A DNA stretch of 27,529 nucleotides, from assembly GCA_043812655.1 (NCBI GenBank), contig JBDRLW010000014.1, forward strand, positions 1 to 27,529, read 5' to 3'. This DNA is from a bacterium. GTDB taxonomy: Bacteria; Margulisbacteria; WOR-1; O2-12-FULL-45-9; XYB2-FULL-48-7. The notes below the pieces were generated by a model that had not been told where the DNA came from, did no database searches, and saw only the letters and a program-made list of their open reading frames with translations. Of the stretch, positions 16,715 to 25,587 are shown in pieces (the stretch's first letter is position 1; every line of letters starts with the position of its first letter). A program made the position numbers and the translations under genes.

Positions 16715-19066
16715 GTGAACAAACCGCTTTATTTTGGCATCTTTTTTGTTTCACTTGCCACCCTGATGAATGAACTCTTTCTTACCAGGATCTTTAGTGT
16801 CACTGTCTTTTACCATTTTGCCTTTGTAGCCATTTCGCTCGCTATGTTTGGTATGACCGTAGGCGCGCTTATCGTCTACCTTTATCCAAAATATTTCGCG
16901 CGGGAAGGAGTACATGATCAACTTACAATTAATTCCATTTTTCTCTCTATTTCCATCGTCTTGAGTCTTTTTATATACTTAAAGATCCCTTTTTCCATGG
17001 ACTCGTCTTTTTCCCTTGCTTCATTAGCCTCAAATTCTTTTATTTACGCGATTATTGCCTGCCCTTTTATCTTCAGCGGCATTTGTGTTTGCCTTACTTT
17101 AACTAGGTTCCCTGAAAAAGTCGGAAAATTATACGCGGCCGATCTTTTTGGTGCCGCCGGTGGGTGCCTGCTCTTTAATTATTTAATGAATGCCATTGGA
17201 GGCACAACGGTCGCTTTTATTGTCGCTTTTGTTTCTGTTATAGGCGCCCTTTGTTTTGCGGCCGCCGCGTCAAACAAGTTAAAATTCGTGGCGAGGATCT
17301 GTTTTTTGATTATCCTTGTTTTGACTTTCGCTGACATTTCAATGTCGTCAAAAGGCACTCCCCTGATGCCAATAAAATGGGTCAAAGGAACAATTGAACC
17401 TCACTTGCTATATGACAAATGGAATTCCTTTTCCCGTATCCGCGTTATGGGCAACCCAGACAAATTAGCTACCCCTTTTGGTTGGGGATTAAGTCCTGTT
17501 TATCCCTATAATCATAAAGTTAAACAATTACAGCTTGATATTGACGGTTTCGCCTTAACTACTCTTACCGGTTTTGACGGAAACTTAGCCCCAATAGACT
17601 TTCTTAAGTACGATGTTACAAATTTCGCCCACTATTTAAAACCTAAGGCTGACGTCCTGGTGATCGGGACAGGCGGGGGTCGGGACATTCTTTCTGCTTT
17701 GGTCTTTAAACAGAAGTCTATTGTTGGGATTGAGTTAAACAAAGCAATTATCAACGCTGTTAACGTCAAATTTGGTAATTTTACCGGTCATTTGGATCAA
17801 TATCCTTCAGTTCGGTTTGTTAATGATGAGGCCAGGAGCTGGCTAACTAGGACAAATAACAAGTTTGATATTATTGAGGTTTCATTGATTGACACTTACG
17901 CCTCAACGGCTGCCGGAGCTTATGTCTTATCAGAAAATTCTCTTTATACCGTTGAGGCCTGGAAGATCTTCTTGAATCATCTTAATAAAAATGGGATATT
18001 GAGCTTTTCCAGATGGCATATCGGTTCTCCACCGGCTGAGATTTATCGCTTAACCACTTTAGCCGGAGCGGCTTTATCAAGCTTAGGAGTAAAAACACCC
18101 CGTAATAACATGATTATTGTTAAATCTGGTAATGTTGCCACCCTTTTAGTCAGTAGAGACCCTTTTTCTTTTGCAGATCTAATCCTTGCAAAAAAGGTTA
18201 CGGATAGAATGAGGTTTGAACTCCTTTTTGACCGAAATACCGCTGTCAACAATTTTTTCCCTGCCCTAGCTTCAGAGGCTAGCGCCAAGCGCCTACTCCC
18301 CAACTTACCCTTGAATCTTTCTGCGCCAACCGATGACAATCCGTTCTTTTTTAACATGATGAAGCTCCATTCCCTCTTCTTTTCTAAATATGAACATTTT
18401 ATGGGGAACTGGAAAGTGGTTGTTATCCTCGGCCAATTGTTGATCGTAATGTTGATCTTAAGTTTTGCCTGCATTCTCTTGCCGCTCTTCCAGTTAAAAC
18501 TTTCCCACCAACTAAAAGACTTTCTCCCCTTGCTCTCATTTTTTGGCTGTATTGGTTTTGGTTTTATGTTGATCGAGCTCTCACAAATGCAACGCTTGAT
18601 CATCCTTCTTGGCCATCCAACTTACAGTTTAACTGTTGTTTTGTTCTCTTTATTATTATCAAGCGGCCTTGGCAGTTATCTTACCCATCACATAAAAAAC
18701 CCGATTTTATTTTTGTCTTTCTTACTTATCGTCTTGTTTAGTTTCGGCAGCCTCACCCCACCAATGGTCGGCTATTTTGCCGGAGCGTCAACACCACTAC
18801 GAATATTAATTGCCACTGGAATCCTCTTCCCACTAGGGATATTTTTAGGTATGGCCTTTCCTTTTGGCTTAAAGATCGCGGCAGAAAAGGCTCCTGACCT
18901 CCCTCCCTGGTTATGGGGGGTTAACGGGGCAACATCAGTTTGCGCCTCTGTTTTAGCCACAATCATCTCTTTGATCTGGGGGATCTCAATATCGTTTTGG
19001 CTAGGTTTTTTCTTTTACGTCCTAGCTTTTTTAGCCTATATCAGAGCAACCCGCTCGTTCATTTAA
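16715..19066 (+). CDS. Multi-TM protein with a central spermidine-synthase-like (SAM-binding) domain
   Basis: About 7 N-terminal TM (LYAADLFGAAGG), central WNSFSRI, LDIDG, VLVIGTGGGRD, GIELN, DEARSW, SENSLYTVEA, PTDDNPFF, and about 7 C-terminal TM (LGHPTYSL, GMAFPFGL, WLWGVNGATSV). Confidence 0.78.
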   Translation: MNKPLYFGIFFVSLATLMNELFLTRIFSVTVFYHFAFVAISLAMFGMTVGALIVYLYPKYFAREGVHDQLTINSIFLSISIVLSLFIYLKIPFSMDSSFSLASLASNSFIYAIIACPFIFSGICVCLTLTRFPEKVGKLYAADLFGAAGGCLLFNYLMNAIGGTTVAFIVAFVSVIGALCFAAAASNKLKFVARICFLIILVLTFADISMSSKGTPLMPIKWVKGTIEPHLLYDKWNSFSRIRVMGNPDKLATPFGWGLSPVYPYNHKVKQLQLDIDGFALTTLTGFDGNLAPIDFLKYDVTNFAHYLKPKADVLVIGTGGGRDILSALVFKQKSIVGIELNKAIINAVNVKFGNFTGHLDQYPSVRFVNDEARSWLTRTNNKFDIIEVSLIDTYASTAAGAYVLSENSLYTVEAWKIFLNHLNKNGILSFSRWHIGSPPAEIYRLTTLAGAALSSLGVKTPRNNMIIVKSGNVATLLVSRDPFSFADLILAKKVTDRMRFELLFDRNTAVNNFFPALASEASAKRLLPNLPLNLSAPTDDNPFFFNMMKLHSLFFSKYEHFMGNWKVVVILGQLLIVMLILSFACILLPLFQLKLSHQLKDFLPLLSFFGCIGFGFMLIELSQMQRLIILLGHPTYSLTVVLFSLLLSSGLGSYLTHHIKNPILFLSFLLIVLFSFGSLTPPMVGYFAGASTPLRILIATGILFPLGIFLGMAFPFGLKIAAEKAPDLPPWLWGVNGATSVCASVLATIISLIWGISISFWLGFFFYVLAFLAYIRATRSFI

Positions 19067-20702
19067 GCTTTTTGTTCGATTTTGGCCTGATCTCGATACT
19101 AACCAAACTTTTTAAGAACTGATCTCGCGGCTGATCGTCTGTCGGCCAAAATTTATAGCGATAATATTTTGCCAATATCGCTGTTTTCTGCCTAAAAGAA
19201 TAACTTGGATACTGGATGATCAACTCGGCTTGAGCTCCGTGCGGATCATATTCAGGCAAATTAAAGTAGTTGTTGAAATCACGATTAACTTTCACTCGCC
19301 CCTCCAACCAGCGTGGCCTCCCATAGCCGATCCACCGTCTTTCACCCCAAGCATACTTAAATATATGCCCCCATTCATACCAGAAATGATCATGTATCTC
19401 AGCTGGCATATCAATATAGAAAGTAGAAAATCTTTTGGCCGAATGATAGTCACTCAACCGCGCTATGATCGCTTGATCCTTGATCCACAGCAACTGGATA
19501 GAAAGATAAGCCCCAACAATTGAAGAGGAAAAAGTAATAATCAAAAAACAATATATCGCATTAATGATATAACGCGGAAATCTACACATATTCGAAAATA
19601 TTTGGACTAACACATAAATGATCAAAGCTGCTGGGATACTGGCAAGAATTAAATGTCGATAAGTATATATCTTGGCTGGATTTACGCTATCCCCCACCGC
19701 AGCATATGGGAAAACAGACAATAACAGCAGGAAAAATCCCCATAATAATACTTTGACATCTTTAGAAGATACTTTATTTATCTTGTTTTTTTCCCATAAT
19801 TTCCAACCAACAAGTAATATTAAGCTAAGCAGTATTAAATTAACATATAAATTACTCGATAAAGCCATCAGCGGAGTGATTGAATGGTACAGGTTTACCC
19901 CAAAACAATTGATAGCATGACGGACCTCATAATTGCTTGAAATAAATAGCCTGTTATAGCCTTCAAAGATCGCGTGCGTAGGATAAACAGTTATTTTTAT
20001 GATATAAAAAACAAATGGCAATATAATAAAACCCCAATACTTAACGATGAAATTGAATAAATTATCCATCAGCTTAGCCCGTTTCTTCGTGTAATGAAAT
20101 AACGTTAACGCTAAAAAACCATAATAAAAGACTAATAAAGAATTTAGTAGAAAAGAAAAAGCGAACATAATCAGAATTAAAACTCTTTTCCAAACAGCTA
20201 TGCTTTCTAAAATTACAGCCTTTTCCTTTGTTGAAAGATAAATTGCTAAAAGAAAAACACTCAAACATAAAAAAGCTGGCCATAAGATCATCAATGAGGC
20301 TATTTTAAAAGGAGGATAAGTCAAAAATAAGGCTGCAATGAAAAAAGCCCCTAATTCTCCAAAATAGTTGAATTTACTAGATATCTTATAAACTAAAACC
20401 GCATTAATAAACAGTAAACTAACAGTAAAAACGCGGCAACCAAAAATAAAGTTATTGCCAAAAAGCAGCTTAACCCCCCAATGAAGAGATGCCGCAAGGT
20501 TCAAAATCACTCCAGCCCCATCAAAAAACCCGGAGATCTTACTAAAATCAGCATAAGACAACTTATCAACCAACAAAAAGTCATCCCAGTACATGCCATC
20601 CATCAGCAATAGGAAGCCATGAACAATTATAGTTAAACAAAACAACCAAAATATCTTATTTTTTGAAAGTCTAACTATCCAGTTATTTAAATAATCCGGC
20701 AT
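19059..20702 (-). CDS. Multi-TM membrane protein, probable GT-C type glycosyltransferase
   Basis: TM1 followed by DGMYWDD acidic motif, about 11 TM segments, YRHLI loop and a C-terminal soluble domain. Start uncertain: ATG 20702 preferred over 20732 or 20771 because it gives the smallest overlap. Confidence 0.6.
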   Translation of the reverse strand: MPDYLNNWIVRLSKNKIFWLFCLTIIVHGFLLLMDGMYWDDFLLVDKLSYADFSKISGFFDGAGVILNLAASLHWGVKLLFGNNFIFGCRVFTVSLLFINAVLVYKISSKFNYFGELGAFFIAALFLTYPPFKIASLMILWPAFLCLSVFLLAIYLSTKEKAVILESIAVWKRVLILIMFAFSFLLNSLLVFYYGFLALTLFHYTKKRAKLMDNLFNFIVKYWGFIILPFVFYIIKITVYPTHAIFEGYNRLFISSNYEVRHAINCFGVNLYHSITPLMALSSNLYVNLILLSLILLVGWKLWEKNKINKVSSKDVKVLLWGFFLLLLSVFPYAAVGDSVNPAKIYTYRHLILASIPAALIIYVLVQIFSNMCRFPRYIINAIYCFLIITFSSSIVGAYLSIQLLWIKDQAIIARLSDYHSAKRFSTFYIDMPAEIHDHFWYEWGHIFKYAWGERRWIGYGRPRWLEGRVKVNRDFNNYFNLPEYDPHGAQAELIIQYPSYSFRQKTAILAKYYRYKFWPTDDQPRDQFLKSLVSIEIRPKSNKKLK

Positions 20703-21627
20703 TATAGAACTCTTCTTTTTCAAAATCGCCATAATATTCTTTATGTGAATACAAATCATCAACAATGTCATTAATTAAATAACGAGGTTTAAATTTAAGC
20801 TCTCTTTTGGCTTTTTCGATCGAGACCCTAAAATTACGCAGGTCAGCAATTTTTTGCTGATCTAAGACAATTTTATGGCCAGATAGCTTTTCTATCGAAC
20901 CACTAATAATTTCGGCTGCCTGGCCAACTGTAAAATTATCAGAACATATGTTAAAAAGCCCACTAACTCCTTCACTCGCTTCAATGGCCAGAGAAAAAGC
21001 CGCTACGACGTCTCTAATGTCACAAATCGGCCGCCAAATCTCTTGGTTAATTACCTTAATTTTTCCTGTTGTTATCGCGCTTTTGAACATGGCATTGACA
21101 ATCAAATCAAGCCTCATTCGTGGACTATGTCCGCTAACTGTACCTAAACGCAGTGTAATAATGGAAAAATCACTGTTGTTTAACTGCCGGAGTCCTTTTT
21201 CACCTTGTAATTTAGAGATACCATATGGATAATCACCTTTGGCTGGATCATCTTCAGTATATAAATGGTCAGGAGCATATCCATAAACCGAACAGGAAGA
21301 AGCATAAATAAACCTTTTAACCCCGGCTTTTCTGGCTATAAAGGCTAAATATACAGGGAGTGCTCCATTCATAATAAAGTTTTTTACCGGGCTATATTCC
21401 GCCATTAAATCACTAGATATCCCAGCCAAAAAGATTACCTGATCATAACCGCTTAGATCTTTCTCTTGGCAATCAAAAGCATCTTTTTTAATGATTTTAA
21501 CTTTTTCCGGCAAGTGATTACCAAACCAAAGCAGATCAACAACATCTACCTGATGTCTTTTTTCAATAATGGCCGGCACAAGTCTTGACCCTATATATCC
21601 GGCTCCTCCAGCAACTAATATTTTCAT
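20683..21627 (-). CDS. NAD-dependent nucleotide-sugar epimerase/dehydratase (extended SDR)
   Basis: ILVAGGAGYIG, YASSCSVYG, YGISK (YxxxK), SPRMRLDLIVN, WRP. Confidence 0.88.
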   Translation of the reverse strand: MKILVAGGAGYIGSRLVPAIIEKRHQVDVVDLLWFGNHLPEKVKIIKKDAFDCQEKDLSGYDQVIFLAGISSDLMAEYSPVKNFIMNGALPVYLAFIARKAGVKRFIYASSCSVYGYAPDHLYTEDDPAKGDYPYGISKLQGEKGLRQLNNSDFSIITLRLGTVSGHSPRMRLDLIVNAMFKSAITTGKIKVINQEIWRPICDIRDVVAAFSLAIEASEGVSGLFNICSDNFTVGQAAEIISGSIEKLSGHKIVLDQQKIADLRNFRVSIEKAKRELKFKPRYLINDIVDDLYSHKEYYGDFEKEEFYNAGLFK

Positions 21628-21646
21628 TTATTTAATCCTAAACAAA

Positions 21647-22387
21647 TTATTTTCTAGCAACGGCAATTATTGAACTGCCAAAGGGAAGATCAATACACTG
21701 CCCAAGCTTATGTTCAATTGACATAATACAACTCATAATACCATTAATTATTGCCGATTTTCCTATTGCTAACTCCCTATCAGCAATAATTTTCCTGGTA
21801 AAATATATTATTAGCGCTGGAATAAACACGAAATATTTCATCGTTTCAACCCGATATCCCGCGCAACCAAGTTCTGTCCGCAAATTCTCCTTATTATAGC
21901 GTTTTCGATGAAAAGAGATCACATCATACCGCGACCACAAACTCATCATTGCTGGGACGGTAACGATCAACCTTCCTTTCTCGGACAAAAACTCCCTGGC
22001 CTTCACCAAAGCTAAAGTTGGCTGATCAAGATGCTCAATAACGTCCCCTAATATAACATAATCATACTGACCTTTTAGCTCTATCGGCGTCTCATCATTA
22101 ATTAAATCAAAAATAAAACTTTTCTGTGCCTTTGACGATAAATAATTAAGGGCAGAAGCAAATAGATCCGAAGCATCAACTTGGTAGCCATGATCATGTA
22201 AGAACCCGCAAATATTCCCCGATCCAGCTCCCAACTCAAGAATTTTTGCGCTACTTTTATCCTGAGTGGAACTTTTCTTTATAGCTCCCAAAATCATTTT
22301 ATTGCGATGCTTAACCCAAAAGTTATTCGCTTGTTGCGCTAGGCCAGAGAGATATATTTCCTTATACTGGTCAACAAACTTCCCCAT
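21647..22387 (-). CDS. Class I SAM-dependent methyltransferase
   Basis: NFWVKHRN, ILELGAGSG, GDVIEHL, LIVTVPAMMSLWSRYD..HRKRY, LPFGSS. Confidence 0.85.
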   Translation of the reverse strand: MGKFVDQYKEIYLSGLAQQANNFWVKHRNKMILGAIKKSSTQDKSSAKILELGAGSGNICGFLHDHGYQVDASDLFASALNYLSSKAQKSFIFDLINDETPIELKGQYDYVILGDVIEHLDQPTLALVKAREFLSEKGRLIVTVPAMMSLWSRYDVISFHRKRYNKENLRTELGCAGYRVETMKYFVFIPALIIYFTRKIIADRELAIGKSAIINGIMSCIMSIEHKLGQCIDLPFGSSIIAVARK

Positions 22388-22389
22388 TC

Positions 22390-23532
22390 TTATGATCTCT
22401 TCAGCAAAATATTTTTTATTTGCTCAACTACCCGCTCCTGGTCCCTTTCAACTAATCCATTGTAAAATGGCAACCGCAAAAGCCTCTCGCTTATATTTTC
22501 CGCTACCGGAAACATTCCCCGAGTATAACCTATTTTTCTTCCCATTGGCGACAAATGGAGCGGACCATAGTGACAGGCCGCCATAATCCCCGCTTCTTTT
22601 AATTTGTTACGCAAAACGTCTCTTTCTTGTCTATTATTTAATAATAAATAAAACATATGATAATTAACCAGTGCCTCTGGGAAAAAATGTGGCAAGCTAA
22701 CCATCCCTTTTTCTTCAAGGCCTTTTAAGTTTTGGCAATAATATTCGAATATTTTTTTTCTTTTAGCGGATATAACATCTATTTCTTCCATCTGCGCTAA
22801 TAAAAAAGCCGCCAAAATATCAGCTAAAACAAAAGATGAACCGACGTCAACCCATTCATAGTTTTCAATCTCACCCCTAAAACATTTCGCCCGATTAGTT
22901 CCCTTTTCTCTAACAAGTTCGGCTCTTTCATTATATTTTTTATCATTAATTAAAATGGCTCCCCCCTCACCACAAACATAGTTTTTGGTTTCATTAAAAC
23001 TAATAGCGCCAAGCTCAGCTATCGTCCCAAGAAATCTACCTTTATAACGTGAGTCCAAAGCCCCGGCCGCGTCTTCAATCACCAACAAGTTACGGGCCTT
23101 GGCTATTTTCATTATACGCTCCATTTCACTGGGGACTCCAGCATAATGGATCGGGGCAATTACTTTGGTCCTCGAGGTAATTGCTTCCTCAATTTTATTT
23201 TCATCTATATTCAAAGTATCCTGCCTTATATCGACAAAAACCGGCTTGCCACCCCGCAGTAAAATGGCATTAGCTAGTGAAGGAAAAGCGTAAGTCGGCA
23301 TGATCACTTCATCCCCATCTTTAACATCAAAAAGAATAAAAACCATTTCCAGTGCGGTAGTACACGAAGATGTTAAAAATACTTTTTGGCATTTAAGTTT
23401 ATCTTCCAATAATTCTTCACATTTCTTGGAATACTGGCCATTGCCAGCAAAATGCCCACTTAAGCAAGCCTGCTTCAGGTATTCTGCTTCTCTCCCAATC
23501 ATGCCCGGCAAATTAAATGGTATTTTTTTCAT
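22390..23532 (-). CDS. rffA: dTDP-4-amino-4,6-dideoxyhexose transaminase (WecE/RffA-like, DegT/DnrJ family)
   Basis: IPFN, LTSSCTTALEM, PIHYAGV, EDAA, SFNETKNYVCGEGG (PLP Lys), REKGTNR, HYGPLH, LLRLPFY. ATG 23532 preceded by GAGGAG (23542-23537). Confidence 0.85.
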   Translation of the reverse strand: MKKIPFNLPGMIGREAEYLKQACLSGHFAGNGQYSKKCEELLEDKLKCQKVFLTSSCTTALEMVFILFDVKDGDEVIMPTYAFPSLANAILLRGGKPVFVDIRQDTLNIDENKIEEAITSRTKVIAPIHYAGVPSEMERIMKIAKARNLLVIEDAAGALDSRYKGRFLGTIAELGAISFNETKNYVCGEGGAILINDKKYNERAELVREKGTNRAKCFRGEIENYEWVDVGSSFVLADILAAFLLAQMEEIDVISAKRKKIFEYYCQNLKGLEEKGMVSLPHFFPEALVNYHMFYLLLNNRQERDVLRNKLKEAGIMAACHYGPLHLSPMGRKIGYTRGMFPVAENISERLLRLPFYNGLVERDQERVVEQIKNILLKRS

Positions 23533-24289
23533 AAAACTCCTCTGGCCTAACACAATTAACATCCGGTGGCCGGGGAAATATTTTTACTCCAGAGATTATA
23601 TCTAAACTTTCCTTCCCATGATTAAACAACAGGTCTAAAACCGATAAATGGGAGATAAACTTATCCCCCCCCCATAACAATTGTTGATAATATGGATAGG
23701 GAAAATCCTGCCATAAAACTTTGATCCCTCTTTTCTCATACAACTCTTCTTTAAGATATGATTTTGCCGCAACCCCAGACAAATATTCCTTAACTCCACC
23801 CATTTTTTCCATAATCGCGATCAATCGTTCATTACTCTTAATCTCATTAGGTATTTCCAACTTCTCCGCAAAAACAAATTTCTGTCTGTTTAAGCCCAAA
23901 TAATCACAAAGCATATAAATTATGTCGTGATTTAATTCAACTAAATAGTTATGTTGTTTATTTATGGCTTTTTCTAACTCCGGAAATATCTGATCAAAAT
24001 AAGGCGATTTATTATAAGAATTTACTATCGCGTTTAAATGTTTAGCTTTCCAGTTAATTTGATTATTTAGCTTGATCTCATTTATTTTATATTCATAATA
24101 AGATCGCTCCAGGACAACTGGGACCGATAACCAACCCCAGCCGTTCGCAGTCCTTATCCTGTTCCTGTTCCGCCAATCCCTAATTGTATACTGTACATCA
24201 TCTAAAAAAACGAATTTATCCGCTTTTTTAACCAAATCAAAAAATCCTAACCAAGGCAAGAATGAAGATTGGAGAATCACCACTTTCAT
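23513..24289 (-). CDS. wbqC: WbqC family protein
   Basis: QSSFLPWLGFFD..FVFLDDVQY..DWRNRNRI..WLSVPV..YLSG.AAKSYL..LSVLDLLFNHG. Confidence 0.88.
   Translation of the reverse strand: MKVVILQSSFLPWLGFFDLVKKADKFVFLDDVQYTIRDWRNRNRIRTANGWGWLSVPVVLERSYYEYKINEIKLNNQINWKAKHLNAIVNSYNKSPYFDQIFPELEKAINKQHNYLVELNHDIIYMLCDYLGLNRQKFVFAEKLEIPNEIKSNERLIAIMEKMGGVKEYLSGVAAKSYLKEELYEKRGIKVLWQDFPYPYYQQLLWGGDKFISHLSVLDLLFNHGKESLDIISGVKIFPRPPDVNCVRPEEFYEKNTI
23665..23673 (-). repeat. G9 homopolymer tract inside wbqC
   Basis: C9 on the plus strand (TTATCCCCCCCCCATAA); the longest G/C run noticed in the window. Confidence 0.85.
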
Positions 24290-24951
24290 CTGATTAATAT
24301 TTGTTTACTGTCAATCCGTCGAAGTTTTGCCGCGCTGGCAGCGTAAACCCCATTTTCTACTGTGTTTTTATTAATTATTGCGCCCGCCCCAATAAAACAC
24401 TCTCGCTCAATTAAGAGATTATCGACTATTATTGAGTTGAATCCCAAAAAACAGTAAGGTTTTACTGTCACCCTCCCGGCAATTTTCGGACAGGAAAGAA
24501 AACAATGGTCTCCAATAATTGAATCATGTCCAACAACCCCCCCACCAATCATAATTACATTATTGCCAATCTTAACAAAGGGATGAACGACAATATTGTC
24601 TAGTATAAGACAATTTTCACCAATCTCGTCACCATGATAAATCGCCGCTGGGCTTATGTAGGTTACCAGCTTGTACCCCTTCCTCTTGGCTAAGCAATAT
24701 TTTTCTGCCCTCACTTTATTCATTTTTGAATATCCTATGGCAATAAACATATCGTATTTCTCCGGTGGAAATCCCTTCTCGATCTCATCAAAAGGACAAG
24801 TTGGCACACCGCACATTTCAGCCTCTTTTATGTATTCTCTGTCAGCAGTAAAACAAGCAATTTTATATTGATTATCTAGTTTTAAGTAATACTGAACTAA
24901 CTTAGCAAAATCACCCAAACCAAAAATAATTACCGGTTTATCATTTTTCAT
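24286..24951 (-). CDS. Sugar N/O-acyltransferase, NeuD/PglD-like hexapeptide-repeat family
   Basis: IIFGLGDFA N-terminal domain, FIAIGY..N..R, and hexapeptide repeats IGENCLI / IGNNVIM / VGHDSIIGDHCF (catalytic His). Confidence 0.85.
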   Translation of the reverse strand: MKNDKPVIIFGLGDFAKLVQYYLKLDNQYKIACFTADREYIKEAEMCGVPTCPFDEIEKGFPPEKYDMFIAIGYSKMNKVRAEKYCLAKRKGYKLVTYISPAAIYHGDEIGENCLILDNIVVHPFVKIGNNVIMIGGGVVGHDSIIGDHCFLSCPKIAGRVTVKPYCFLGFNSIIVDNLLIERECFIGAGAIINKNTVENGVYAASAAKLRRIDSKQILIR

Positions 24952-24954
24952 TAT

Positions 24955-25587
24955 CTATTTTCTAACAATAATTGTAAAATCATAAAGCTTATAATCGTGC
25001 AATAATGCCACATTTTTAGAAATATTTTTCTTGCAATAATCAAAATACAACAAAGGATCACCATAATATAGATCCTTTCTGGTGAAATCAGAATATTTGG
25101 TCAGCATATTAAAGGAAAAACCTCTTCTACTTAGTTTATTCATCTTATTAATAGTTTTTAATGCCCTTAACTCCCATTTTCGGCTTGAATAATCTAACTT
25201 GACATTAAAAATCCCACTGGCAATCACATAATCAGCTGGCAATAATTTCGTTTCGTCAGAGATAAATATTCTCCTTTTTGAATTATCTCCGTATTTACGC
25301 CGAGCGGTTAAGATCATTTCCTTGGAAATATCATACCCACAATATTGAAACTTATTTCTCTTCTTTATTAAATAATCTAATAATGACCCGTAACCACAAC
25401 CATAATCAATAATCGAAAATAGATTAGCAGGCGTTATCACCTTTGTTAACTGCTCAAACCGCACCACCTGGCTCTCTTTTGTGCTCCAATCCATTCCTTT
25501 ATGATTTGCCCCATGCGTTTTCAGTTTGTTTTCATAGTATTCTCGTATTGATCTATCAATCGCTTCATTTCCTGCATGGCTATTCAT
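24955..25587 (-). CDS. Class I SAM-dependent methyltransferase
   Basis: HGANHKGMDW..SQVVRF, IIDYGCGYG, GYDIS, DYVIASGIFN, FSFNML. ATG 25587 overlaps the upstream stop by 8 nt (the track used TTG 25602). Confidence 0.85.
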   Translation of the reverse strand: MNSHAGNEAIDRSIREYYENKLKTHGANHKGMDWSTKESQVVRFEQLTKVITPANLFSIIDYGCGYGSLLDYLIKKRNKFQYCGYDISKEMILTARRKYGDNSKRRIFISDETKLLPADYVIASGIFNVKLDYSSRKWELRALKTINKMNKLSRRGFSFNMLTKYSDFTRKDLYYGDPLLYFDYCKKNISKNVALLHDYKLYDFTIIVRK

